A DNA stretch of 24,028 nt from a virus. Its lineage: Duplodnaviria > Caudoviricetes. The notes under the pieces were generated by a model. That model had not been told where the DNA came from, ran no database searches, and saw only the letters and a program-made list of their open reading frames with translations. The position numbers and the translations under genes were made by a program. The stretch is from positions 1 to 24,028 of the IMG/VR virus record IMGVR_UViG_3300023053_000019; one strand, given 5' to 3'. How positions within the stretch are numbered: position 1 is the first letter of the stretch; each line of letters begins with the position of its first letter. Positions 15,788 through 24,028 of the stretch are shown piece by piece.

Positions 15788-16269
15788 TGGCCCGCCAGGA
15801 AGTGGTGATCGGCACCACGACGTTCTACCTCCAGACCTTCGCGCCGCGCGACGCCCTGCGCATCTTCGGTGACCTCCAGAAGGACCTGCTCCCCAGCTTG
15901 GGCGGCGTCCTTGCCGCGGTGGCAAGCCAGGACGAGGGCGACATCAACCCGGAGGCACTGCTCACGGGGATCAAGTCGTTCTCGATCTCCCTGGACGGCA
16001 AGGCGCTCGATGCCTGGTGCGATCGCCTGATCGATTCGGAGCGGGTCACCTACGAAAGGAACGGCAAGGACGCTCGAAAGCTATCCAAGGCCAACATGGA
16101 TGAAGCGTTCGAGGATTTCGCCGAGATCCTGGAGCTGCTGTTCCACATCATCAAGCTGAACTTCGCCGGCCCTTTGGGGCGCTGGCTCGGCCTCTCTGGT
16201 CCGGGCCTGAAAGAGAAGCTGGGCGGTCTGTTGGGCGGTTCCAGCCCGAGCTCGAGCGAGAATTCCTGA
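15787..16269 (+). CDS. Tail assembly chaperone (gpG-like), 160 aa
   Basis: TGATG coupling to tube gene; position before tape measure; contains slippery heptamer. Confidence 0.8.
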   Translation: MARQEVVIGTTTFYLQTFAPRDALRIFGDLQKDLLPSLGGVLAAVASQDEGDINPEALLTGIKSFSISLDGKALDAWCDRLIDSERVTYERNGKDARKLSKANMDEAFEDFAEILELLFHIIKLNFAGPLGRWLGLSGPGLKEKLGGLLGGSSPSSSENS

Positions 16270-16415
16270 TCTTCCGCCCGGTCATGGCCGGGCACGTGAC
16301 CATGACCGAGGTCAACCAAGGATCGGTTGACCTCATGGACCTCATCAAGATCAATGCCCTGATCGACGCCCGCGAGGCTGCCGAGGCCGCGGCATCGAAG
16401 AAAAACGGGAAGTAG
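16170..16415 (+). CDS. -1 frame extension of tail chaperone (gpT-like), missing from the ORF track
   Basis: Open -1 frame from C CCT TTG (16170-16176) to TAG 16413-16415, encoding ...ELEREFLIFRPVMAGHVTMTEVNQGSVDLMDLIKINALIDAREAAEAAASKKNGK; ends 2 nt before tape measure ATG. Confidence 0.75.
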   Translation, partial: PFGALARPLWSGPEREAGRSVGRFQPELEREFLIFRPVMAGHVTMTEVNQGSVDLMDLIKINALIDAREAAEAAASKKNGK

Positions 16416-16417
16416 CC

Positions 16418-18433
16418 ATGGCACTCCGTGAACTCGTCACCCAGCTGCGATACGAGCTGAAGGACGGCAATCTCAAGAAGTATGTGGACGGATACCGGAA
16501 CGCCGAGAAGCAGATCAACACGGTCGCCAAGGCCGCGTCGCAGAAGCTCAACGGCGCGCTGCGGGATTCCACCCGCAGCATGGGCGAGATGAATCGCACC
16601 GGTGGGCGCCTTACTGGAATGATGCGAGGCCTAGTGCGCGAGACGCGCGAGTTCGCCATCGGCCTGCGTCAAGGGGCCCGTCAGGGCTACGGAGAAGTGC
16701 TTCGGCAGATGGATCGGGTTGAGGCACGGCAGCGCCGCCTTCGCCGAACAGGAGCCGGCGGGGCCGGAGAGCGCATGGGGTTCGGCGGCGGCATGCTGCA
16801 GGGGGCCATCCAAGGCGTCCTGGCGACGATCACCGGCAAAGCGTTCATGGATGCCTCTGACTCTTGGTCCACGACCAAGGGACAGCTCGCCCTTCAGAAC
16901 GAGGACCCCGTGGATCGCGCAAGGTCCCGCGACTATTTGTTCAGCCGAGCCCAACAGCAGGGACAGGATTACGGAACCTCGGTCGGGACGTACACCCGAA
17001 TTGCGAGAAACCGTCAGGTCCTGGGCTTGAGCAATGACCAAGTCCTTCAAATGACCGGGACACTGGGTGGGATGCTGGCACTTGGCGGCGGCTCCGCATC
17101 ATCCCAGCAGGCAGCTCTGGAACAGTTTGGCCAGGCCATGAGTAGCGGCGTGCTGCGTGGCGAAGAGCTGAATTCGGTACTGGAGCAGGCGCCTGTTCTG
17201 GCTAACGCCATCGCCAAGTCATTCGGGATCACGAGTGACCAGCTCCGAAACATTGCCCAAGAAGGGAAGCTGACGTCCAAGGGGATCGCGAAGGGTCTGC
17301 TGGGTCAGGCGGAGGAGATTGATGCCGCTATGGCCTCACTCCCTATGACCTTCCAGCGGTCGTTCACCCAGATCCGCAACCAGTTCACGCGCATGGCAGG
17401 CGAGTTGAATGAGAAGTACCAGCTGGCCGAGAAGTTCAACCTGGCCGCCCAGTGGGTGATCAACAACATGGGCAAGGTAGCGATTGCCATTGGACTGCTG
17501 GCCGTGGGTACAGGCGCTGTCCTAGCCATCAATGGCCTGGCCTCAGCCTTCAAGGCGATCGGGACTGTCGGACGCCCTCTCCTCCTGTTCTTCAACAGGC
17601 TTGCAAAAGGAAGCATCGCCCAAGCCTTTGCGAAATTCGGAAGGGCCGGGCTGATGCTTTTGCGGGTGCTTCGGTGGATGTCTATGGCAGTGAGTGCGAT
17701 TGCGGCTATCGGTGCAGGACCCCTCCTTGCAATCGCCGCGGTACTCGCCCTGATTGCGGCCGTAATTTACAAGTATTGGGGCCCCATAAAAGCTTTTCTC
17801 ATAGGCGTTTGGCAGGGTTTCAGTGAGGCTGCATCACAGGCATTCGACGAGCTGGCCCTTGCATTGCGGCCGCTTGGCCCGTATCTGGCGGCCGTCGTAG
17901 GGTGGCTCAAGGAGATGTGGACTTGGTTCCTCAACCTGATCGCTCCAGTCAACGCGACGCAGGAAGAGCTGGACCAGGCGACGGCATCAGGCAAGAAGTT
18001 CGGGCAGGCGATGGTTGCCAACCTGAGGATAGTAATCGCCGTCATTGGTCTGCTTGTACGCGGCATCGTCGTTGTTGGCCAAGTCATGGGCGCCGTCACC
18101 GGCGTCATTGGAGCGGCGTGGGACGCAATCATCGGCCGTTTCCGCAGTGGTTGGGCGGCTCTCACGGCCGCAATTCCCGGGTGGGCCTTGAATGGTGTCG
18201 GAATCATGGGGCAGCTGGCCAATGGTGGCTCCCTGGCGAGCGTTGCCGCATCGAGCATGGTCTCCGCAGGGCGAGGTAGCCAGAGCGTTTCGAACACGAC
18301 CAGAGCGACCGTCCACGTCACGCCTCCCCCTGGTGGCAGTCCTGCTGCGTACGGCGCTGCCGCCCAGCGAGGGACCTCCAAGGCTCTGAGCAGCTTCCAG
18401 TATCAGCTTCCGACTGCGGTCGAAGCGTTTTAA
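16418..18433 (+). CDS. Tape measure protein (671 aa)
   Basis: 'LRELVT.L', 'ALEQFGQAMSSGVLRGEELNSVLEQAP' tape-measure domain, hydrophobic segments and Trp-periodic repeats. Confidence 0.93.
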   Translation: MALRELVTQLRYELKDGNLKKYVDGYRNAEKQINTVAKAASQKLNGALRDSTRSMGEMNRTGGRLTGMMRGLVRETREFAIGLRQGARQGYGEVLRQMDRVEARQRRLRRTGAGGAGERMGFGGGMLQGAIQGVLATITGKAFMDASDSWSTTKGQLALQNEDPVDRARSRDYLFSRAQQQGQDYGTSVGTYTRIARNRQVLGLSNDQVLQMTGTLGGMLALGGGSASSQQAALEQFGQAMSSGVLRGEELNSVLEQAPVLANAIAKSFGITSDQLRNIAQEGKLTSKGIAKGLLGQAEEIDAAMASLPMTFQRSFTQIRNQFTRMAGELNEKYQLAEKFNLAAQWVINNMGKVAIAIGLLAVGTGAVLAINGLASAFKAIGTVGRPLLLFFNRLAKGSIAQAFAKFGRAGLMLLRVLRWMSMAVSAIAAIGAGPLLAIAAVLALIAAVIYKYWGPIKAFLIGVWQGFSEAASQAFDELALALRPLGPYLAAVVGWLKEMWTWFLNLIAPVNATQEELDQATASGKKFGQAMVANLRIVIAVIGLLVRGIVVVGQVMGAVTGVIGAAWDAIIGRFRSGWAALTAAIPGWALNGVGIMGQLANGGSLASVAASSMVSAGRGSQSVSNTTRATVHVTPPPGGSPAAYGAAAQRGTSKALSSFQYQLPTAVEAF

Positions 18434-18436
18434 CCC

Positions 18437-18472
18437 GGTGCCGCGCTGGTGGTTACCTCCTAGCGCGGCACC
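18437..18472 (+). other. GC-rich inverted repeat without U-tract between tape measure and fibre gene
   Basis: GGTGCCGCGCT (18437-18447) / AGCGCGGCACC (18462-18472), perfect 11 bp. Confidence 0.7.
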
Positions 18473-18498
18473 CACTACACAAGGCCAGATGGATCCTC

Positions 18499-19485
18499 AT
18501 GGCAGACATGACCTTTTTCGACGGCTTCTCGTTCACCTGGGCGAGTGATGGTCCGGTTGCCACGCTCACCCAGGAGGCGGTCAAGGTCGGGTGGAACTTC
18601 ATTGGCCAGACGCCGCCGGCGGTGGAGCAGTTCAACGCAGTGCACCATCTGGATGGGCAACGCCAGCAATGGTTGTTCGGTCAGCTCAAGGGCGTCACCG
18701 ACGCCGCAGGCATGACGCTCGTTCCGGACGATACCGGCACGCTGTGGGACGCCCTCTACTCAGAGTTCAACATCGGGTTTACCCCGGTGCAGCAGGGGGG
18801 CGGCGCGGGACAGTCTTCGAACAAGGTGCATATCGGGTGGGGCGGGAGCGCCGGGCTGAAGGCACAGGTAGATGGGACGGACCTCGGTTCCTTCGTTTTT
18901 GCCAGTCGGCAGTTCACTGCGGGCGCAGGGCTCACCGGAGGCGGCACGTTCGGATCTGACCGCGTCATCAGCATGGGCACGCCCAGCACCATCACGACGA
19001 GCTCCTCGAACTCGGCGGGCGGGGCCAGCCATAGCCACGCGCTGGACATTTCGCTCCCTGCTATTCCTGGCACGCTGCCTGTATCCAAGGGCGGGACCGG
19101 TGCGAACGACGCCGGGCAGGCGCGCGCGAATCTCGGGATGGGTGCCTTCTTGAAGCTGGCCGAGCTGTCGCTGGCGGAAAACGGGTATGCCCGCCTCGGG
19201 ACGGACAACGGACAGCAAGCCCTGATTCTTCAGTGGGGCAGGTTCTTTCCAGCGGCCGCTATGCCCGAGGGGCCGGGGCCCACTATCAGCTTCCCCACTC
19301 CATTTCCGAGCGCGTGTCTGGCGGTGGTTACTTCGGAGCGAACTGCGGCAGGTAATGCCGGCGTCGATGCATTCATTCAAATTGTTGGTTCCCCATCAGC
19401 GAGCCAGTTCCAAACCTACGTACAGAAACCAGGCGACGCCTCGGCCAATTGGTCTGGGATGTTCTGGTTCGCAGTCGGGTACTGA
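18499..19485 (+). CDS. Tail fibre protein (328 aa) with C-terminal gp53-like receptor-binding domain
   Basis: Fibre anchor-type N-terminus ('WA','GW','PP.VEQFN'), 'FTPVQQGGG.GQ..NKV.IGW', 'GTPSTIT...SHSHAL', 'LPVSKGGTGA.....AR.NLG', 'NGY..L...LILQWG...FPTPFPSACL...WFAVGY'. Confidence 0.85.
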   Translation: MADMTFFDGFSFTWASDGPVATLTQEAVKVGWNFIGQTPPAVEQFNAVHHLDGQRQQWLFGQLKGVTDAAGMTLVPDDTGTLWDALYSEFNIGFTPVQQGGGAGQSSNKVHIGWGGSAGLKAQVDGTDLGSFVFASRQFTAGAGLTGGGTFGSDRVISMGTPSTITTSSSNSAGGASHSHALDISLPAIPGTLPVSKGGTGANDAGQARANLGMGAFLKLAELSLAENGYARLGTDNGQQALILQWGRFFPAAAMPEGPGPTISFPTPFPSACLAVVTSERTAAGNAGVDAFIQIVGSPSASQFQTYVQKPGDASANWSGMFWFAVGY

Positions 19486-19487
19486 CC

Positions 19488-20093
19488 ATGTCGCTTACCG
19501 CGTTGACGTTCAATTCGGTGTTCGGCACGCGCGCCGTCATCGGCACCCTGCAACTGGATGCACTTGTGAGCGAGGACACGATCCTCGACAGCTACGCGAC
19601 CATCTACCCGGTCGAGGACGGCGGGAGCATCACCGACAACGTCTCGAGCGACGCCGAGAAGCTCTCGCTCACGGGCCAGGTCACTTCAGCCGAGATCACG
19701 GTCTATGGCGCAGGCGGCTGGCAGAAGCTGATCCAGGCCAAGGATGTGTTTCGGCAGCTGCACGAGGCTCGAACGCCGATCAGCATCTCTACCGGCATGG
19801 ACAACTACACCGACATGGTGATGGAACGGTGCAGGATCGGGCGCACCAACGAAGGGGACCACTTCACTGTTGAGTGTGACTTCCGCAAGATCCTCAAGGC
19901 GCAGCTGCAGACCGATACGGTGCCGGAGGACAAGGCCGCGCCGAGTGTCAGGGGGAAGGCGGGAGCAACGAGGACCAGTGGCGGAAAGGTGAGTACCGAG
20001 GACCTGGATGAGAAATCGCGCCAAGCGGCCACGGACAGTGTGAACAGGCAGCTCGGCATCGGACCGCGATCGGTGTCGCCGGGGATTCAGTGA
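19488..20093 (+). CDS. Baseplate / tail-tube initiator (Dit-like) protein
   Basis: 'LDALVSE', 'T.YPVEDG.SITDN', 'Y.DMV'; start ATG 19488. Confidence 0.75.
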   Translation: MSLTALTFNSVFGTRAVIGTLQLDALVSEDTILDSYATIYPVEDGGSITDNVSSDAEKLSLTGQVTSAEITVYGAGGWQKLIQAKDVFRQLHEARTPISISTGMDNYTDMVMERCRIGRTNEGDHFTVECDFRKILKAQLQTDTVPEDKAAPSVRGKAGATRTSGGKVSTEDLDEKSRQAATDSVNRQLGIGPRSVSPGIQ

Positions 20094-20434
20094 TGTTCAA
20101 GATATCCACCATCGATTCCAACGACCAGCTGCTGGAGATTGAGCTGGACGGTGAGACCTTCTTCGTTCGCTTGAGCTGGAACAGTGAGGCCGCGTTCTGG
20201 GTCATGGAGATCCAGAACTACAACCAGGAGACGCTGGTGGCCGGGGTCATCGTCGTGCCGAACGTGCCGCTGCTTGCTCGCTTCCACTATCTGGACGTGC
20301 CGCCGGGAGAGCTGATGGCTCTGCTGCCGGGCGACGACAGCACCATCGCGCGTGATGGCTTTCTCACTGGGAAGGCAAGCCTGATCTACATGACCGAGGC
20401 GGAAGTGTCGGCAATCAAGGGAGGGTCGCGCTGA
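20093..20434 (+). CDS. Baseplate plug-type protein
   Basis: 'IELDG....L.WN.....W.M.I' pattern; synteny; TGATG coupling. Confidence 0.65.
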   Translation: MFKISTIDSNDQLLEIELDGETFFVRLSWNSEAAFWVMEIQNYNQETLVAGVIVVPNVPLLARFHYLDVPPGELMALLPGDDSTIARDGFLTGKASLIYMTEAEVSAIKGGSR

Positions 20435-21354
20435 TGGCTCGTTTCCGTCGCACGTTCCGTCTCGTCGTGGGCCCGGCCGGAGGGCAGGGCATCACGATCC
20501 AGCCGCCGATGCAGATTCAGTTCGATGTCACCAAGGACTCGAAAGAGGATCCGAACGTTCATTCGATCCGGATCTACAACCTCAAGGAATCGACCCGTGC
20601 GGCCCTGGAGAAGCCGGACCTCCGGGCGTACTTGTATGCCGGGTACGAGGAAGAGAGCGGCGGAATCTTGCTCGCTGCAGGCACCTTGGTTGACTCGTTC
20701 ACCCGGTTTGACACACCTGACGTGGTCACCGAGCTGGCCGTGGTGGACGGCTACGGCGAGCTGCGCGACAGCGCGGTCAGCTTGAGCTATGGGGCGGGAG
20801 CCAACTCGGCGACCATCATCAAAGCCGTGGCCCTCCAGATGGGACTCGTCCTGAACATGCCGCAGTCCTTGCAGTCGAGGACGTGGGATCACGGCTTCAG
20901 CTTCTACGGCCCGGCGCGGCAGGCACTGCACAAGCTGTGCCGGGGCTCTGGTGTCGAGTGGTCGGTCCAGAACCAGACGCTTCAGGTTGTTGCCGTTCGC
21001 GGGACCACGGAACGCTCCGTGGTCGTGCTGCGTGCGGATTCGGGGCTGATCGGCTCGCCCGATCGCGTTCGCGAGTCGGCTCGGGAGATGGAACCCAGCG
21101 CCGGGCCGGGCACGGCCACGAAGAAAAAGAAAAGGGACCGAAGTGTGGCCGCGACGATCGTGTCCGAGCGGCAGCGCCGCGACGGATGGCGGGTGCGGTC
21201 GCTGCTGCTGCCTTGGATCAACCCCGGCGACCGTGTCCAGATGGACAGCCGGCAGGTTCAGGGCCTGTGGCGTGTTGAGTCGGTGTCCCACAACGGGGAC
21301 TACCAAGGCGGCGACTGGACGACCGAAATGCACCTTGTGGAGCGTGTGGGATGA
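20434..21354 (+). CDS. Baseplate hub protein
   Basis: 'I.FDV.K', 'IRIYNL', 'LYAGY', 'WSVQN', 'SGLIGSP', 'LL.P.I.PG'. Confidence 0.8.
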   Translation: MARFRRTFRLVVGPAGGQGITIQPPMQIQFDVTKDSKEDPNVHSIRIYNLKESTRAALEKPDLRAYLYAGYEEESGGILLAAGTLVDSFTRFDTPDVVTELAVVDGYGELRDSAVSLSYGAGANSATIIKAVALQMGLVLNMPQSLQSRTWDHGFSFYGPARQALHKLCRGSGVEWSVQNQTLQVVAVRGTTERSVVVLRADSGLIGSPDRVRESAREMEPSAGPGTATKKKKRDRSVAATIVSERQRRDGWRVRSLLLPWINPGDRVQMDSRQVQGLWRVESVSHNGDYQGGDWTTEMHLVERVG

Positions 21355-21980
21355 GCCAGGCCAGCGATATCCGCAGACTGATCGCCACCGAGCTGGCAGA
21401 TGTGCATACGTGCTTGCCGGGCAAGATAGTCAGCTTCGACGGCCTCGCGGCGGTCGTGCAGCCCTCTCTGAGCAAGGCTCTCGCATCGGGAGACGACTTG
21501 CCGGCGCCGCAGATTGTGAGCGTGCCGGTCTGCTTCCCGCGCGGCATGGGCGGCAAGGCCATCATCTCCGTGCCGCTGGGCGCCGGGGATGACGTCCTCC
21601 TGCACTTCTCGGAGCGTGCTCTGGAGAACTGGCTTTCGGGCAAGGACGGTGCCCCTGGCGATCCCCGCATGTTCGACCTGTCCGACGCCTTTGCCACGCC
21701 GGTATGCCGGCCCGGGGGCAGTTTGGTCGACACCGTGAATCTCGTGGTCCGTCTGGATCAGGCCAGCATCACGATATCGCCCGATGGAACCGTGGTGATC
21801 TCAACGCAGGGCGCCGCCGAAGTGACCGCCCCAGCAGGCCTGACGATCAACGCTGACATCACCGTCAACGGCATGATCGAAGCAACCGGCGATGTGACGG
21901 GCGGCGGGGTCAGCCTCATGAACCACCTCACCACCAACGTCACGCCGGGAACCGGCATGTCAGGGAAGCCGGCGCAATGA
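21351..21980 (+). CDS. Baseplate central spike (Gp138/gpV-like)
   Basis: 'HTCLPGKIVSFD', 'VPV.FP', 'GD.VLL.FSER', 'R.FDLSDA', beta-helix repeats, apex 'SLMNHLT'. Confidence 0.88.
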   Translation: MSQASDIRRLIATELADVHTCLPGKIVSFDGLAAVVQPSLSKALASGDDLPAPQIVSVPVCFPRGMGGKAIISVPLGAGDDVLLHFSERALENWLSGKDGAPGDPRMFDLSDAFATPVCRPGGSLVDTVNLVVRLDQASITISPDGTVVISTQGAAEVTAPAGLTINADITVNGMIEATGDVTGGGVSLMNHLTTNVTPGTGMSGKPAQ

Positions 21981-22339
21981 CCCTGGACCTCAAGCTCAAC
22001 GCGGGCCATGACCTCGCGGTCGAAATGACCAGTGCTGTTTTGGTGGACGGCGCCGCGCGGATCAAGCAGCAGATCAAGGTGACTCTGCTGACCTGGCTGG
22101 GAGAGTACTTCCTCGATACCGCGTTCGGCGTGCCCTACCTGGAATCGATCCTGGTGAAGAAGCCCAGCCGAACCGAGATCGAGGCCGTGCTCCGCAGCAG
22201 GATCAATGACGTGCCAGGCGTCTCTCGGGTCAACACCATGCAGCTGACGATCGACCGCGAGCGCCGCTCGCTTCAGGTCACCTTCGAGGCATCGACCCTC
22301 GAGGGCCTTGTGGCCGATACCATCAATCTCTCGGAGTAG
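21977..22339 (+). CDS. Baseplate wedge / sheath initiator (gp25-like)
   Basis: 'IKQQIKVTL..WLGE.FLD...GVPY', 'I..VPGV..V'. Confidence 0.8.
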   Translation: MTLDLKLNAGHDLAVEMTSAVLVDGAARIKQQIKVTLLTWLGEYFLDTAFGVPYLESILVKKPSRTEIEAVLRSRINDVPGVSRVNTMQLTIDRERRSLQVTFEASTLEGLVADTINLSE

Positions 22340-22342
22340 TTC

Positions 22343-23809
22343 ATGGCCGACTTCGGCGTTACACCCGCCGGCTTCATCCGCAAGCGCTTGGCCGACATTC
22401 GGCCGGAGATCATCGCCGCGCTGCGGAACAATCTTCAGGTGGCCGGACTGCCCGGCGACATCGAGACGCGGCCGGATTCCGTGCTCGGCATCTTGATCGA
22501 TACCTTCGCTGAGCGCGAGGCAGCGGTCTGGGAGCTGGCCGAGGGCGTCTACGGCGCCATGTACCCCAGCACTGCCAGCGGCGTGAATCTGGACAATGCC
22601 GTGTCCTTGACCGGCGTTGTTCGCGAAGGGGCGACCAGCTCCCGCGGTTATGTGGTGCTGTTCGGTGAGGGGGGCACGACGGTGCCGGCTGGCTCGCAGC
22701 TCCGCAATGTCGAGACTCAGGAGGTGTGGCAACTCGGCGACGAGGTGCGCATCACCCGGTCCAACACGGCGCGTGCCACGATCGGGCTGGTCGGCGCGCC
22801 GGCGGCGGGCACCTACACGATCTTCATCGATGGCGTCCCCTACAGCTACGCGGCGGGTATCGGCGAGAGCACGGCGCAGATCGTGCTGGGCATCGCCGCT
22901 GCAATCACGGACAGCACGGTCACAGTGGTGGCCACCGACGCTGAGGTGCAGCTGACCGCGCCAGCGGGAACTGGCTTCCCGTTGGGCATTACGCCGAACC
23001 TGCGGGTTTCAGGACTGGGGAGTCCCGCGCTGGCGGAATCCCTCAGCCCGTCCACTTTGGGGGCGGAACCTGACACGCTGACGGAAATCCTGACCGAGGT
23101 CAGCGGTTGGGCCGCGGTGACCAATCCCTCGCAAGCTTCCTTGGGCGCGGTCGCGGAGAGCGATTCGTCGCTGCGCAATCGATACGGCACCGGCCTGTAT
23201 GCGCTGGGCGGTGCCACGCTGCGGGCGATCATCGCCCATGTCCGGACCAAGGCCGCCGGGGTGACCAACGTGGTCGCCTACGAGAACACCGGCGACTACA
23301 CGGATATGGCGCGCCGGCCGCCGCACTCGGTTCATGTCATCGCCGAAGGCGGGCTGGACGTCGAGATCGCCCAGGCAATCTACGATGCGAAGGCCGCCGG
23401 CATCGACACGCACGGTGCTTTTGCCGTGCCGGTCACCGGTGCCCTGGGCCTCCAGACCGTTGTGCGGTTTGATCGACCCGTGCCCGTCTATGTCTGGATC
23501 AAGGCGGACATCACGCTACTTGACCCCGGCGAGCAGGCTTTCCCCGATGCCGGCCTGGTCGACATCGAGGAGGGTCTGGCAGCGTTCGGTGGTCAGCTCG
23601 AGATCGGCGATGACGTGGTGTGGCAGTCGTTCTTCCGGGCCGTCTACTCGGTCCCCGGGGTCGCCTACGCCAATCTGACCTTCGCCACGTCCACGGATCC
23701 GGCGATCGCGCCGGCGCCTGGTGCCTACCACGCGGCCAACATCACCATTCAGCCGCAGCAGCGCGCAATGTTTGATGCCAGCCGGGTCGAGGTGAGCAAT
23801 GGATCTTGA
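22343..23809 (+). CDS. Baseplate J/gp47 family wedge protein
   Basis: 'GVT..GF', 'P.TASGV.LD', 'ESD..LR.R', 'YENT', 'PPHSV', 'IAQAI...KAAGI.T.G', 'FDRP'. Confidence 0.92.
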   Translation: MADFGVTPAGFIRKRLADIRPEIIAALRNNLQVAGLPGDIETRPDSVLGILIDTFAEREAAVWELAEGVYGAMYPSTASGVNLDNAVSLTGVVREGATSSRGYVVLFGEGGTTVPAGSQLRNVETQEVWQLGDEVRITRSNTARATIGLVGAPAAGTYTIFIDGVPYSYAAGIGESTAQIVLGIAAAITDSTVTVVATDAEVQLTAPAGTGFPLGITPNLRVSGLGSPALAESLSPSTLGAEPDTLTEILTEVSGWAAVTNPSQASLGAVAESDSSLRNRYGTGLYALGGATLRAIIAHVRTKAAGVTNVVAYENTGDYTDMARRPPHSVHVIAEGGLDVEIAQAIYDAKAAGIDTHGAFAVPVTGALGLQTVVRFDRPVPVYVWIKADITLLDPGEQAFPDAGLVDIEEGLAAFGGQLEIGDDVVWQSFFRAVYSVPGVAYANLTFATSTDPAIAPAPGAYHAANITIQPQQRAMFDASRVEVSNGS

Positions 23810-24028
23810 CCAGGACCATGGACGCATTGCCTGGTCCAACTGGACCGCGCAGTTCAAGGACTCGCCGCGGCTCCGGTCAGTGGTCATGGCGCTGCTGCAA
23901 CCCTTCACGACGGTGCAGGGGGCATTGAAGCAGCTGCGCGACGATCGCTGGCTAGACGCCGCTGTCGGTGCCCAACTGGACGGCCTCGGGGATCTACTGG
24001 ATCGACCGCGGCGCATCACCAATACGCG
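23799..24028 (+). CDS. Baseplate wedge protein (DUF2612-like), 3'-truncated by window end
   Basis: ATG 23799 overlapping J; MDLDQDH...QFKDSPRL...RWLDAAVGAQLDGLGDLL; open to end of window. Confidence 0.8.
   Translation, partial: MDLDQDHGRIAWSNWTAQFKDSPRLRSVVMALLQPFTTVQGALKQLRDDRWLDAAVGAQLDGLGDLLDRPRRITNT

Larger units (their letters stand above)
1..24028 (+). mobile_element. Internal segment of a temperate phage/prophage: lambdoid control and lysis module joined to a contractile-tail (myovirus) structural operon; both ends lie outside the window
   Basis: Continuous co-oriented array of recognisable phage genes from replication/nin region to baseplate, many ATGA/TGATG overlaps; no host genes, integrase or att site in view. 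Confidence 0.97.

Noticed and set aside
18499-19485. Diversity-generating retroelement or invertible fibre cassette
   Set aside because: No reverse transcriptase, template repeat, invertase or paired inversion sites seen in this window; cannot be excluded outside it
21119-21134. A-rich run (AAGAAAAAGAAAAGG) in the hub gene as a frameshift or phase-variation site
   Set aside because: Encodes a KKKKR linker in an intact frame; the longest homopolymer is only five bases
14286-24028. Tailocin, eCIS or T6SS-like system
   Set aside because: Tail genes are contiguous with head, packaging and replication genes, so this is a phage
1-24028. tRNA, rRNA, CRISPR array, IS element, integrase or att site
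   Set aside because: None seen; intergenic gaps are short and show no spaced repeats, cloverleafs or transposase ORFs

Overview
The whole 24-kb window is an internal, apparently intact segment of a temperate (pro)phage in a GC-rich host, plausibly Stenotrophomonas/Xanthomonas-like (inference from composition and gene content). Nearly all genes are on the + strand and translationally coupled. It begins with a lambdoid delayed-early/late-control module (end of a P-like replication gene, Rmf/CrpP-fold small protein, NinB, YbcO/DUF1364, RusA, small HTH protein, Q antiterminator, pR'/tR'). Next come a lysis cassette (lambda R-type endolysin, putative holin, Rz with embedded Rz1), a HExxH metallopeptidase and terS/terL. 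The rest is a contractile-tail (myovirus) morphogenesis operon: DUF1073 portal, gp7/Mu-F, DUF2213 protease/scaffold, decoration, DUF2184 capsid, neck, DUF3383 sheath, tube, chaperone, tape measure and baseplate, cut off in a DUF2612-type gene. Two reverse-strand, lower-GC moron genes are inserted, one after ninB and one between Q and the lysis genes. The points most worth a second look are a complete tail-fibre gene out of place between tape measure and baseplate, an Rmf-like protein, a -1 frameshift site with stimulator hairpin, a spike lacking its second iron-binding His, C-terminal Ala-Ala tails on six non-structural proteins, and a palindrome over the late promoter. Family assignments are from recognition of motifs and synteny; no searches were run.
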